From positions 12,696,795-12,760,794 of the forward strand of contig NC_092670.1 in assembly GCF_964355755.1 (NCBI RefSeq): a DNA stretch of 64,000 nt, given 5' to 3'. This DNA is from Antedon mediterranea. Taxonomy: Eukaryota > Animalia > Echinodermata. The first letter of the stretch is position 1. Every line of letters starts with the position of its first letter. Below, one piece after another: positions 46,601-58,079 of the stretch. Position numbers and translations under genes: made by a program. The notes under the pieces were generated by a model that did not search any database, was not told where the DNA came from, and worked only from the letters and a program-made list of their open reading frames with translations.

Positions 46601-49600
46601 GTATTAATTTAAGAAAAGGTTTACGATTCGCTTTACCGTGACAAAATCATTAAGTCGTCACGCGCAACTAGACATTTGACGAAATTTGGTTAGAGGACAT
46701 GTCGACAATTTCGTAACCAAATTCAACGTATACGAACAGTACCTTCATATGTTGATGAAGATAGTAGGCCTAATGGACAGACAGTTGTATTAATGGTAGG
46801 CCTAGTGATAATACTAACTTAAAAGCACTGATCGTCGTCGAACTTCAATTTGGTCAATCCTTTGACAGAATCTGTAAGTCGTCACCCAACACGATTTGAC
46901 CAAATTTTGAACCAAAATCAACGTGTGAACAGTACCTTAATTGTTGATGAAGATGGCAATGGGCAGACAATTGTATTAATGATAGGTCTAGTAATAATAA
47001 TGGGTCAATGATGATGTTAACGTAAATATAAACAATTAGATTACGCTATGGCCACCACCATATCGAGTCCCATCTGAACACTGTAATCAGCGTGGAATTG
47101 TATTGGTTTTGGAACTCCACATATACAATAGTAGCAATCACCAAGGATCTTGATTCTCAATTGCTGATGTGTCTGTCAAAATAATGAACACGTTGTTAGC
47201 TTGTTTGTTTTCTTTTACCTATTTTTATATTTAGGCACCCAATTCTGTAGCTGTCACTAGATAGTGTCTAACTGACTAACGCAAGTCACCTAGAAACTTT
47301 AATCATTATACTTGTTGATTAAAATTCTGTCTTGTAACTTCGAGATAGGGTATCCTGTAACGAACATTGTACTGAACGTGTTCCGATGTAAGTATTACGC
47401 TATAAAAAGTAGGCCTATATTTTCGTATTAATGCACGTACAAGAATACAAAAAAATGTAAATTCCTTAATCTTTCGTTTGCCCTAAATTAATTTGCCAAA
47501 AAAGGTCATTAATAAAGAGATGCAAAAAAATATAAAAACTCCTTACAAATAAAATTGTGAATAAAACTTACCTCGGCAAGTTTGTCGAAATTTGCAAAAA
47601 GAGCGTTTAACGTCTTAACAAGTTCCTGAGCAGTCAGTTTTGACGACATGGCTGTAAACCCAACGATATCAGCAAATAGAATACTACGAGGTATAGAAAT
47701 ATATAATAATCCAATATTTAATATTGCTAAGATCGTCTGAAAGTTATAGTATTTAAACTTTACGATAATGTATACGCTGAATACATGTTCTTTTGTAGTA
47801 ACGTTAACACAATATCAAAACTAGTAAGTAAGTAAAATGTCAGCTGAGAGTTATCGTAATTGTATAGTATCATACTTTTATATTACTTACCTTACACTCT
47901 CATGGCGACTGATGTAAATGCGACTGAACGAACCTTTATTTTTTTGACCAAATGTCTTTAACATGTCGTCTGCAATGTGTTTTGGTAGAACAGACAACAT
48001 AAGATCTTCCTAAAAGGATGGATAGAATTGATACATTTCATAGGGCCAGTAAGCTTACATTCGGAATCAATTCACCATAAAACAGGTATTAAATGAATAA
48101 AAGAATAACATGAGAAGTAGCCAAATATAATGTATAAAAATAAATGTTGGATTTGTTTTTTTAGATTTACGAATTAGTTTAGTTAGAAAAGTTAGTTTTG
48201 TCTACAGGGACTCAAGGAACAATCACAGGCTTAAACTACAAACACGTCGATGAAGCATGATTATTAGGCCTATGTATGTAACTTCCTAAAGTGACCATAA
48301 TTGAGTGATATACAATCAGGACCTCATTTAATATCGATTTATCACGTGATAAATAAATTACGTGGTTAATATTATACATAACCAAACACAATGGCAAATT
48401 GCACCTGAGAACCTGGTAAAACACTATGCCGCATTTTGTACACAATCAATATACTTCTCACATATGATTTGGTAATAAACAAGTTTAACCTGGAATCCTT
48501 TTGAAAACTAACATTATTGCAGTAAATAAAATGTAATAATATGTAATAGATACATAATTCCCTCATCTCCACTGATGGAAGTTTTGTTATAGGCCTATAT
48601 CCTTCCGCCACAATTATACGAAATTAGTGCGTATCCACAATTGACCCCACAAAGACTGTACGGTAAATATTTGGTTTCCTCAAAAGGTTTGCATAAAGCA
48701 AAAATATGATAATATCGATTATGTTTTTTAAGTGAAACTAAAATGAAAATAAATGCAATCAATGAAATATACACCGGCGTATATCGTATAGAATACTGAC
48801 ATTCAATATTGTGATACAATTTATTATAATTTCCCCATGACACCTCTGTTAAGTGGAAATAGGGATTGGCTGTAGTGATAAAAACATTTTCCCCCATTTA
48901 ATCGTTTCGTAATAAGTGTCCCAATGGATGGATTCTACACGTGTCATTTCTACCACTGTTTGTATTATTGTAAGACGTTTGATTGGAACATCATTTCATT
49001 GGACTGAAAGCTAGGCCTGATTCATCATTGAAAATATGCCAATATTGTACAGCTTAAAAGACAACATGTAAAGCCGACACATTTCAAAAGAACGATTTTT
49101 CTTTGGAACCGGTTGCAGCTAAAACATGGCCCACGGTTTTAAGCTCATCTGTCTACACTATCACATTTTAAGAAGTGATGTGCCCAAATATGGTAGTGAT
49201 ATTACGTCATCATGGGCACATCACATTTTCATAGAGTAGGCCTAGATATAACTTTAATCCGTTATTTGGTGATGGAGAGCGTATTTAAAATAGGTTTTTT
49301 TAGTGGATGTGGTTCTATCTATAATTGTATGCATTTGACCTTCTCCAAACCGGACCAATTACGTCTATTATCTTTTACCATTATTACACACACTGACCTG
49401 GCCGCCTATCTTTAGAAAGCAATCTGCGGAAATCGATAATCTAATATCTTAAAAATGTGTATCATTAGACGACTGCCTTGGTTCAATTTACTCTTCTATT
49501 GAGAAATACTTGCAATTTTTCTACGTTATTACATGACAGAACGATAATTGTTTATCACTGTATACTGAGCATTATGCGTTTAGGTCACAGACACACGTTC

Positions 49601-52515
49601 GCTGTTGCTATAGGCTTAACTACACATTAAATTAACGTTATTTATTTGCGTTATGATACCAATATAATGCAGCTGAACGGATTTGTTAGCTGTCACTAGA
49701 TAAATCTTAAATGACTAGCGCAAGTCATCTAGATATGAGATATTATGTAACTTGAAAGCATTTTGAGCACATCATGTAAACCAATGTATAGTTCAATTAA
49801 TGTCATTATAATGAATGAAGAGAATGAGAAAGTTTATTTCCAATAGCGAAAACAATGTTTTTTTAAAGTAAAAAGTTTAACAAGCGGGAACTAAATTATT
49901 AATAGTGAAAAATATAAATAACTAATATTAATATTAACAATATCCATTGGTTTAGATTAATTATAATTTCGTTTCTATTCTTATCTTGTCTCATTGACCA
50001 AAAAAAGCGATGGATTATTCTAACTGTCGTTTGTGATTGGTCAATTTGCTTGCGTTGGGGCTTACTAGTGGAATGCAACGCCTTAGCCAAACAATCTTGA
50101 ACCATTCTTTATATATTATACATTATTATATCCGAAATATCATTCTTACGAATTAATCTGTGCTGCATTTAAATTATTCATTACGGTTAGGTATCTGCTA
50201 GCTTTTATTTGTATTTACTTTTTGTGATTATGTTATAGTAGGTGTATTATTCGTCTAAACATTTGGTCTCATTTTGAATGTTTCACTTCTGCAACTGTCA
50301 CTAGATATATGTTAACTGACTAGCGCTAGTCATCTAGATATTAGGCATTATGTAACTTTGATACATTTGATACAATTTCTAAAGATTTCTGTATACAGAC
50401 GTGTATACAATACCATTATTACCAAATTCACCGAGAATATCTAATGACAATGCAGAAATGAGAATAAACTATTATATACTGTATTATTAGTAATATGGTT
50501 ATCACGCAGTATAGGTATGACACGCCATGTCTGAAAATGTTTTATTTTCTACGAATTCGACCGAATCGTCGTCTATAATTATTCTGGTTACTATATTCAA
50601 GACTACGCAAGTATAGTATGACACGCCTTGTTCAATGTTCAACGAATATGAAACCGAATCTTCATCATAACTATACTTTACTATATAAATATAAGGTAAA
50701 GTATTCACTCACCTGGCGTTCCCTTTCTGCATCAAGTTTCAACTTAAGCTCAAGTGAATTCTTAGTTTCCATAAATGCACGTCTTTGTTTCTTATCCAGC
50801 ATAAGAAAACTTATAGAACCCACTGTTATGACACACGCAAATAGAAGTATATTTGCCGATAACTAGAAACAAAATTAAACAATGTATTAATAGAGGGAAA
50901 TAGCGAATCAGACGTCTACAGAGAATTTGGTATATATAATCATAACACAGAAACATAGGGAGATCCGTTGCTTACAAGTTATTTTTATTTATTTTTTTAT
51001 TTTATGTCTTTAGGCAATGTGGCCAAGGATTACCAATAGTAAATATTAATCACTGTCCTATCAGATAGGTGGAAATCCCCCTGATACAGAGGCTATTTTG
51101 TGAACCAGTTCACCGGGGTAACCCCAACTCTTCTCGAATAATGAACTGGGTTCTTTAAAGTGCACACATGTTATAACTGTGTACGGTTTATAGTCCTTAT
51201 CCGAGTAGACTTGTTCTACCACCAGGACTAGGAACGAGTGGGCCTCAAACCCTTGCCGATGTTGTTTGCTCTGTAGGTATACGGCTCCCCTGCCTTAACC
51301 ACTCGGCCATCGGATTAAAAAGGCATAGCCATCGTTAACTCGCTACTTTTTAGTGTCGACATACCGCAATTAAACATCTAAGGCCTACTTTTACCACACA
51401 TTAACAATGACAACGTTTAACGTGTGAAGGTGACAGAGCCGCGGGGTGAAGATAAGTTGCCTCCACGAGCGAGACTGGACTTCCCTGCTTGAAATAAATG
51501 CTTCTTGCAATAAACTACTTGAGTTTAATGGTATATACTTAATTACGATTTAATAGAAACTCTATCATTAATGTGGTATGATGTGGAGCTGCACATCATT
51601 ATGTTTTATGCCGGCATAGTATTTGTAATAACAATGTTGCTCTTTTTCTAAATTATTAAAGAGTAATAGATCTCTCTTCTCTTTTATCATCAAGGAGAAT
51701 ACAACAATGTGCAATGGTATTAAGGGCTTACAATGAAATGTTTTCTCTTAAATCACATGTTTCTAATAAAAACTTCAAAATATTATGTACTGTACTGTTT
51801 TTTTTTTTTGTGAACGTGAGAGAAATAAAAAAGAAAAACATTCAATTAGCATAATACGTAGGCCTACCTGTTGTACGATATATTCCCTGTCCTTGGCCAA
51901 AGCAGCAATGATGACGCAATGCGTCAACGCAGACAGTGCATTTAACGCTAGCACTATTGTTAGCTTTTGAGGCAACATTACAAAGAGTCCAAATATGAAA
52001 AAGATTTGCCAACCGACGCCGCTACTGGGAACAATGGGATGATAATAAATAAGCAGGTCGGCAAATGTCTGAATATTGATAAGACACCAAACGGCGTATG
52101 GCATGACGTATGTGAGAGAAAAATCTGATATCAAACGAAACTGACAGAGGAAAAAAAGCATGAGGTTAGCAACAAGAGCTATGCCCTGGACTGTAATCAC
52201 GGCTCCTGCATCCAAGTTGTCATCGATACAATACAGAATAATAACAGCAATGTCGAATAAGAGAGCGAATGCTATTAACACGGGAAGTGAGCTCCAACGT
52301 TGTCTGATAAAATATTCCTGGTACATTTCTTCCATTCCATCTTCGGTAAACCGTCGGCTCATTACACGATTTTTAAAAACAGACAATAAAGATGGCTTCT
52401 TGATAATTGACGTGGTGCTATTGTTGTCTTTGCTGTAAAGACCACTTAGCATATTCGGCATTTCGAACTCGCAAGTGGAGTCGTAATCAGCCATTATGGG
52501 CTCGGGTTTATCCAT
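31672..52515 (-). CDS. ADCY3: Transmembrane adenylyl cyclase, type 3-like, 20 coding exons, ~1115 aa
   Basis: Exons 51868..52515, 50713..50862, 47891..48009, 47572..47683, 47045..47172, 46000..46158, 45190..45334, 44815..44979, 44331..44384, 43672..43793, 42227..42388, 40123..40327, 37190..37294, 36197..36339, 34342..34435, 33947..34105, 33545..33691, 32884..33106, 32059..32183, 31672..31854 (3348 nt, open frame). C1 motifs [28 protein letters not shown]; C2 motifs [48 protein letters not shown]. Subtype 3 rests on [24 protein letters not shown] and [10 protein letters not shown]. Confidence 0.93.
34862..35555 (+). mobile_element. Helentron-associated (HINE/DINE-1-like) non-autonomous element with duplicated 3' end
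   Basis: 5' T-run followed by subTIR ACTCGGGGTAC (34867) with overlapping partial inverted repeat. 3' subTIR GTACCCCGAGT (35168) plus hairpin GCAC-ATTC-GTGC and T-run. A second copy of the last ~180 bp lies at 35370..35551. Confidence 0.65.
35269..35341 (+). tRNA. tRNA-Val(AAC) gene or recent pseudogene
   Basis: 73 nt closely resembling eukaryotic tRNA-Val: D loop TAGTGGTTATCAC, anticodon arm TTTGC-TTAACAT-GCAGA, T arm CCTGG-TTCGAGA-CCGGG, followed by an oligo-T Pol III terminator. The acceptor stem GGCTTCT/CGAAACC has two mismatches. Confidence 0.6.
35666..36165. mobile_element. MITE family A interrupted by a LINE 3' fragment
   Basis: Left TIR at 35666, right TIR TTTGATAGTGTAGACAGAGCT ending at 36165. 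The core is split at ~35745/36122. Confidence 0.7.
35745..36120 (-). mobile_element. 5'-truncated CR1/L2-group LINE 3' end
   Basis: Minus strand reads [50 protein letters not shown], resembling the Cys-containing C-terminus of invertebrate CR1/L2-group ORF2. Followed by AATAAA and a (TGTGACT)n tail. Confidence 0.65.
36430..37110. repeat. Degenerate purine-rich tandem repeat, ~12-13-bp units (TTGAAGATAGAGR / TTGAACATAGAGA)
   Basis: Directly visible; lies in ADCY3 intron 13. Confidence 0.9.
38513..38835 (+). mobile_element. tRNA-derived SINE with Deu/Nin central domain
   Basis: A box TGACCGAGCGG, B box GGTTCGAGGC, core GGATAAGGACTATAAACCGTAGGTCC...TTAAAGAACC...GAGTAGGGGGTTACCCCGGTG resembling the recalled Deu domain, and an (AAAC)n tail. 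Confidence 0.75.
39745..40102. mobile_element. MITE with imperfect TIRs
   Basis: TAGGAGCTTTCGATCTGCAAC versus GTCGCAGATCAAAAGCTCCTTA; internal inverted pair TGCGCAGTCCA / TGGACATGCGCA. Confidence 0.55.
40733..42220. repeat. 22-bp minisatellite (ACTAACTAACCGAAGCATTTAA)n with an embedded ~480-bp duplication
   Basis: More than 50 head-to-tail units. 40516..40996 is repeated from 40997, including ~215 bp of unique flank. Confidence 0.95.
42617..42990 (-). mobile_element. Degenerate LINE 3' end
   Basis: Minus strand ends AAATAAATGTGAATTGAATTGAAT, preceded by a GGGTCCTGC...GCAGGTTCC stem of the kind seen in L2/CR1 3' UTRs. Confidence 0.4.
43316..43505. mobile_element. PIF/Harbinger-like MITE family C
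   Basis: TIR AGCCTGTTTTCCACTAGG / CCTAGTAGAAAACAGGCT with TTA flanks. Related copy at ~31221..31333. Confidence 0.7.
45770..45915. mobile_element. MITE family A
   Basis: Both TIRs recognisable plus core. Confidence 0.65.
46340..47000. repeat. ~185-bp diverged tandem repeat, 3-3.5 units
   Basis: Recurrent GAACAGTACCT (46381, 46734, 46927) and GATGAAGAT...GACAATTGTATTAAT. Confidence 0.7.
49141..49255. mobile_element. MITE family A with a GGCCTA insertion in the right TIR
   Basis: Left TIR AGCTCATCTGTCTACACTATCA; right TIR reads TTTCATAGAGTA-GGCCTA-GATATAACT. Confidence 0.6.
50985..51315 (-). mobile_element. tRNA-derived Deu/Nin SINE, second subfamily
   Basis: Same head and core as 38513..38835 on the minus strand, but a different 3' region and an A-rich tail. 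Confidence 0.7.
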
Positions 52516-55006
52516 TATGAATGTCTTTGATTCTTGTATTATAAAAGGAATCTATTTAAGCCCAACTGGATTTCCGGTACGATAGGGACGCTTATCCACA
52601 ATCTCTCATCCAAGTCCTTATCTGTAAAATGAACGTTAAAAATTTAATATGAGAAATAATAACTGCAGAAGAGGATAATATTTATTACACAAAACTGATT
52701 TTCTAGTATGAAAGCTCGGCTTATGATCTAGAAGTCGTAGGTTCGAGTGCCACCCCAAATGATTGTTATGAAGGCTTAGTTATGCAAGAGCTTTGAAAAA
52801 CACCTTTCAAATAAGACAATGTAACTAGATATATAAATGCATTAGTATAATTATATACCGCCTTGCACAAACATTAGAACCTCCATCTCAATGGCGCTGC
52901 ATACTTAATATTATATTTCACATACAAATCGAATGTTCGTCCCCAATGTCATGTCCACACAACGCCACTTGTTCACTCTAACATTATCATCGACGACAGG
53001 GGTAAACACTATTGGTTGATAATAAGAGAAACAGTCAATCTACTCTCGTATAATCGCTTTTAGGACAATTCCGCAGAGATTACTACATAATAATATTACA
53101 ATATATACTTCAGCCAGATATACAGTACTCCTAAATTGCAATGCAGAATTGAAAAAGTAGGCCTAAACCTAAAACGTTTAGTATTAAAGCAACATTTTGG
53201 TACGCAGAAGGTCAATTCAGCTATCTAATGTAAATATATTTAGGCCTAAATGGTCCTTACAGATTACGGAAAACTTATGAGGGAAATTCCCTAGGACCAA
53301 TAAAGTAGCCATATAGTAGAGTTTCAACCTGTACACCCGCAGAAGATCCATGGTATTTCAAGATACTGTACTGTGTTTTTATAATGAATTATACACCGGT
53401 TCAACGGCTTAACGTTTTATTCAAAGGATGGTGTATTGAGAGAAAGGAATTTTGTGACTGTGCTGTGCATAGTATACAGTACAAGCCGGGTAACAATAAA
53501 ACAAATGATTATTTAGATTTTTTAATCATCTGCATGGAATATTGAAAAGTTTCCAATGCAACAGAAGAACAAGTAGAATATTAGACCTAAAAATCGGTGC
53601 ACACACTGAGCATTTATAAACGCGAAGCGACATGCGACACTGTCGAAGCGAGTCACGTCAAGTCAAGTTGCCCATACGTAGCAAATCACGCGAATTCTGT
53701 AAGCTTTCGCTCGCGAACTCAGAACTGGGCAATTGAAAATTGACTGACGCTTAAAGTCACATTCGATTTGATGTTCACATTTGACATCGTTGACGCTTGT
53801 GACAAGAAAGCAATGCGTTTGAGAATAATAGTCCGTGACATATGACGAGACAAACATGGATGAGTTGACGTGCACGTACTGAACGTTATTACTAATTACG
53901 GTATCACTTCGTGTGGTTCCACACTGACGATAGTAGAAGATAAAAGCATTTTGTATTACAATCTTGGGTTACGCTTTTGAACGGTATGTCCGGTATTGTT
54001 CGGCCAAAGTGCCAGCGCATTCGATTCTCGTTTATATGCCCTACGAAGGAAGAGTGAAATTTCTTCCTTTGCCCTAATCTAGTTATTATCTGTCCAGTAT
54101 TTATATGCGAATTCAGTTTCACAGGTGATTCCTGTATTAGGCTTATGGCCTATGATACAGCATGACATGTGATATTTGGTTAGCATTATGGCCTATGATA
54201 CAGCATGACATGTGATAATGTAACACTGTATTATGCCTACAACATGTCCTTATGATAGAACAAATTATAGATACAGTACATTATATTTAATCCTACTGTT
54301 TAGAGATATATAACAATAATAATTAATTAATTAAATTTCAGTATATCACCGGGCGGTTTAGAATTAATGTTCTTTGCCTATTGTGTTTATAATAATAATT
54401 GAGACTGATAGAGATGAATATTATGAATAATCGTAAAATATCTTTTCGAAAACAGCTTTGTACATGGGTTAAGCATTATAAAATTACCCTCACTCGTAAG
54501 GTTCGAAGTCTAAACAAACAATAACCCAAACATTTTATAATAAAGTAGTGATGAATAAACACATACCGACCGGACGTGCTAGGAAGTCCTATTTATTGCG
54601 AATCACCAAGCCGCGTTTGAAATTCAAAATGAAAGTCTCTAACTTACCAAAACCATTGTTTCTTGCAACGTAACGATTTTATTGTTGCAACAATTGACAA
54701 AACACACAATTCTTTAACATTTTGATGTTCCCAATCGTACTTTAATAGATGATTTTGAATTATTATTATCCACAACACAATCCGCAGAGCAATCGCAATC
54801 AACCATGTTTACATGGACTTGGCTTGTACCTAATTATTCTTGTACTGTTGTACACTGCGGGCTGTGTCGCTCTTGACACGGAATACGCGCCATCCAATAA
54901 AAATCTCGCATCTCGACAATGATCAAGTACATAAAAAGCTATTCTCTACTAGAAGATGTGGAATCAAATTAATTGCAAAATGTTATGACAACATCAACAG
55001 TACATC

Positions 55007-55019
55007 GTTACCAGGCAAC
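55007..55019. promoter_or_regulatory. RFX X-box upstream of the putative ADCY3 first (non-coding) exon
   Basis: GTTACCAGGCAAC fits GTNRCC-N-RGYAAC. A minus-strand donor TTG|GTAAGT lies at ~54647 and the UTR acceptor TTTTACAG| at 52622. Confidence 0.55.
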
Positions 55020-55567
55020 GGTCAATCGATCGAGTTTTGGACAATAGAAATTTGCTAAAGACGAGTTTTGCTTGCAAAAAGAAAATGGAGAATAATTTCC
55101 ATAATATATTGAATGTGGGCGATTTGATGATATCACTGAGACACTGCGGTCATTTGTCTTACTCCTTACATTACAACAGGTTGTTATACTGTGCAAAGGA
55201 ATGGAAAGGTCTAATAGCGAATAATTTGAATCAATCATATGACCATCTATTTTTAAATTCTTTTCTTTATGCAGAATTTTAAATAAAAGTACAGGTGTTT
55301 GAAATGATTGATTTTAATTTCTTAATCTGGGGTAGCGTTATACTGGCTTTAATTAAGACATTTTTTATGGTTTGGCGAAAAATGCACCTAAGAATACAAA
55401 TATAAAATCTTCATAAATTGAATATGCCAAGATTTTAGTGAAACGACATTAGCAGCCTATGTGGGGTGCACGGTATGTGCTTATTTAGGTAGCTTAGTAC
55501 ATAGATGGTTCACAAGCTATAAGAATTCACATAGATTTCTCATCTCTATCACACCTAGTTCTCAATA

Positions 55568-56204
55568 ATGCTTGATTCTCACTAGGACGCAACAACACAA
55601 AGGACGTAAACGTAAGGCAAGCGAGTTGACCAATGGTCGAATAATCCATAGCTTGTGATTGGTCAAGTTATTGTGCTGTGCTTACGTCCTTGCGTTACGC
55701 TTAACATCGCAACGCAAGGGACGCTTAAGCGTGGTTCCCACTAGCGACGCATCACAAGGACGTAACGCAACTCAAGTGAATTGACCAATCACAAGCGATG
55801 GCTTATTCGCTTGTCATTGTTAACTGTCTATAACTTCGCTTGTCATTGGTTAAAACGCTTGCGTTGCGTTTACGTCCTTGCGTTACGTTCTAGTGGGAAC
55901 CAAGCTTTACGTCGCAACGCAATAAAGGTGGTGAATAAAACCAACAGTTCGATTAATCAATCGCCTGTGATTGGTCAAATCACTTAAGCTTGGTTCCCAC
56001 TAGAACGTAGCGCAAGGACGTAAACGCAACGCAAGCGTTTTAACCAATGACAAGTTAGACAGTTAGCAAACACAAGCGAATAAGCCATCGCTTGTGATTG
56101 GTTAATTCACTTGCGTTGCGTTTTGTCCTTGCGTTGCGTCGCTAGTGGGAACCACGCTTAACGTTGCGCTTACGTCCTTGTGTTGCGTCTATGGAAACCA
56201 AGCT
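55568..56204. mobile_element. Nested cluster of palindromic PIF/Harbinger-like MITEs (family B)
   Basis: Two near-complete palindromic copies, 55728..55906 (TTA...TTA flanks) and 55987..56158, with ends AGC(G/T)TGGTTCCCACTAG, inserted into older copies of the same family. Degenerate copies at ~14520-14690, 20745-20905, 23408-23512, 38258-38385, 50010-50085. Confidence 0.75.
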
Positions 56205-57943
56205 AAAGTAACTGCCAATTTTTATTATACACAAATTCAAATCGCATAAACAGTGGATAAAATAAGGAAATGGACGTAATTTTAAAAAATAGAAGATCTT
56301 AGATAGATTAAACAATAATTTAAAGGCAAACAAAAAAATTCTATTGATCATACATTCCAATAATTATCGATCTATAGTTTCCCCTATGTTTCATAATTTT
56401 TTTGTATTTTATGTGTGTTACACGAGCTTGTTGAAAATAAGCACTTTCTTATCAGTGGGGGATGGTTCAAATTAAAAAGTAAAATCCCTATCCTTTTGTA
56501 CACAAATTTTGTAAATAGAGGCATTTTAAAAAACTATGAAAAATAAAAGGTATCACAAAAAATGTTATCAGATGACTAAATATAGGTAATATAACTTTTA
56601 AATGTTACGTTTCTGGTATTTTTATTCAACTTCAGATTTTTATTTTCATGCTATAGCAAAAATTATCCACCATCTTTTTTCACCTTCTAGGGATTCACCA
56701 GACATGTTATTACATTAGGTTAAACTACCTAACTACTGAAAAAAAAGTATTTCTGGTTTTTATGGCAATTTTGCCAAATTTTGTATTTGACCATATTATT
56801 ATTATATTGATTTCTGTTACAAATATTTGATTTATGTACAATTAACCAGATATTATATATATATATATATATATAATTCATGCCTGTACCTGAGATTTAA
56901 GTATAGTCAGAATGCGAGAGTTAAAAAAAAGTTCATGATGAGTATTAAAATATATAAAACAAATTAAATAAGACGAATCATGTTAATCATTATTTTTCAC
57001 TCTTCATGTACATTAGTGGTGTGCTATTCATTGCTTGTTTTCTCAACAACTTATACAATAGCAGAATACTCGTAAAGAAAGAAATAGACGACGCCCAACA
57101 GTAAATATCATGATGTTATCAGGATAATTAAATGAACCTTTTGGTTTTATAGAGCTCTAACTGACTCATTTATTCTTTTATTGGAATCAATAGTTCTATT
57201 TTTAGACACACACACTGTATTCAGTCTGTCTGCATTGTGAATAGTGATCTGAATCTGATATGACCGTTTGACTATAGTGCCTTAAATAATAATTCATGGT
57301 GAAACTGTTTCTCTTTTTGTTTAGTGTATGATTTGTATATGGATGTTCTATCCGAAATAAAGAAAATCTATGAATGAATGAATAGCAAGCCAAGACAGGA
57401 ATGGACAAACTTTATAATAGTAAAAATATATAACCAACATCATGCACACTATATTGCTAAAATAATTATTTACAAGCAGATCTAGGCATAACGTCAAGAA
57501 TAAGTTATTGGAGAGTATGTAGTAGGCCTATGTGCACGTACGTTCTAATTCTTGACGCAGAGACGTGTACAATTGCTTTTGCCGTGTTACCAGAACTCTC
57601 CTAATTGTATGAAATAATTGTAATAAAACAAAAATAATAAAATTACAATTTATGTTAAATTGATGTACAGCCTTTGGCAAAGAAATCATCATTTTGATAA
57701 TAAGTTTATTAATCAGAAAGGGATCGTCTTGCTAGCTTGAAAGATATCTGAAACTAACTAACTCATTTGCATAACAATACAATTTCAATGAATTATCAAT
57801 GTAGGTATTTGTGCTCATGACAACGCCTCATGATTAAAGACCATCAACTGGTACTCGTGACAAACAGTGAGTATTTAGAGATATTAAAACATAGCAAGTT
57901 CATATGTCAACCTAAAAAATACATTTTGCTAAATGTAACTAAC

Positions 57944-58079
57944 TGTTGACAAAAAAAAAGTGCGATGTGCCCAAATATGGTAATGATGCTTAAATATGGT
58001 ATTGATATGACATCATCATGTCCATATTTGGGCACTCACAATTTTTGTCACATAAAGTTTGATAGTGTAGACAGACCTT
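57944..58079. mobile_element. MITE family A, partial
   Basis: Core plus right TIR TTTGATAGTGTAGACAGACC. Confidence 0.6.
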
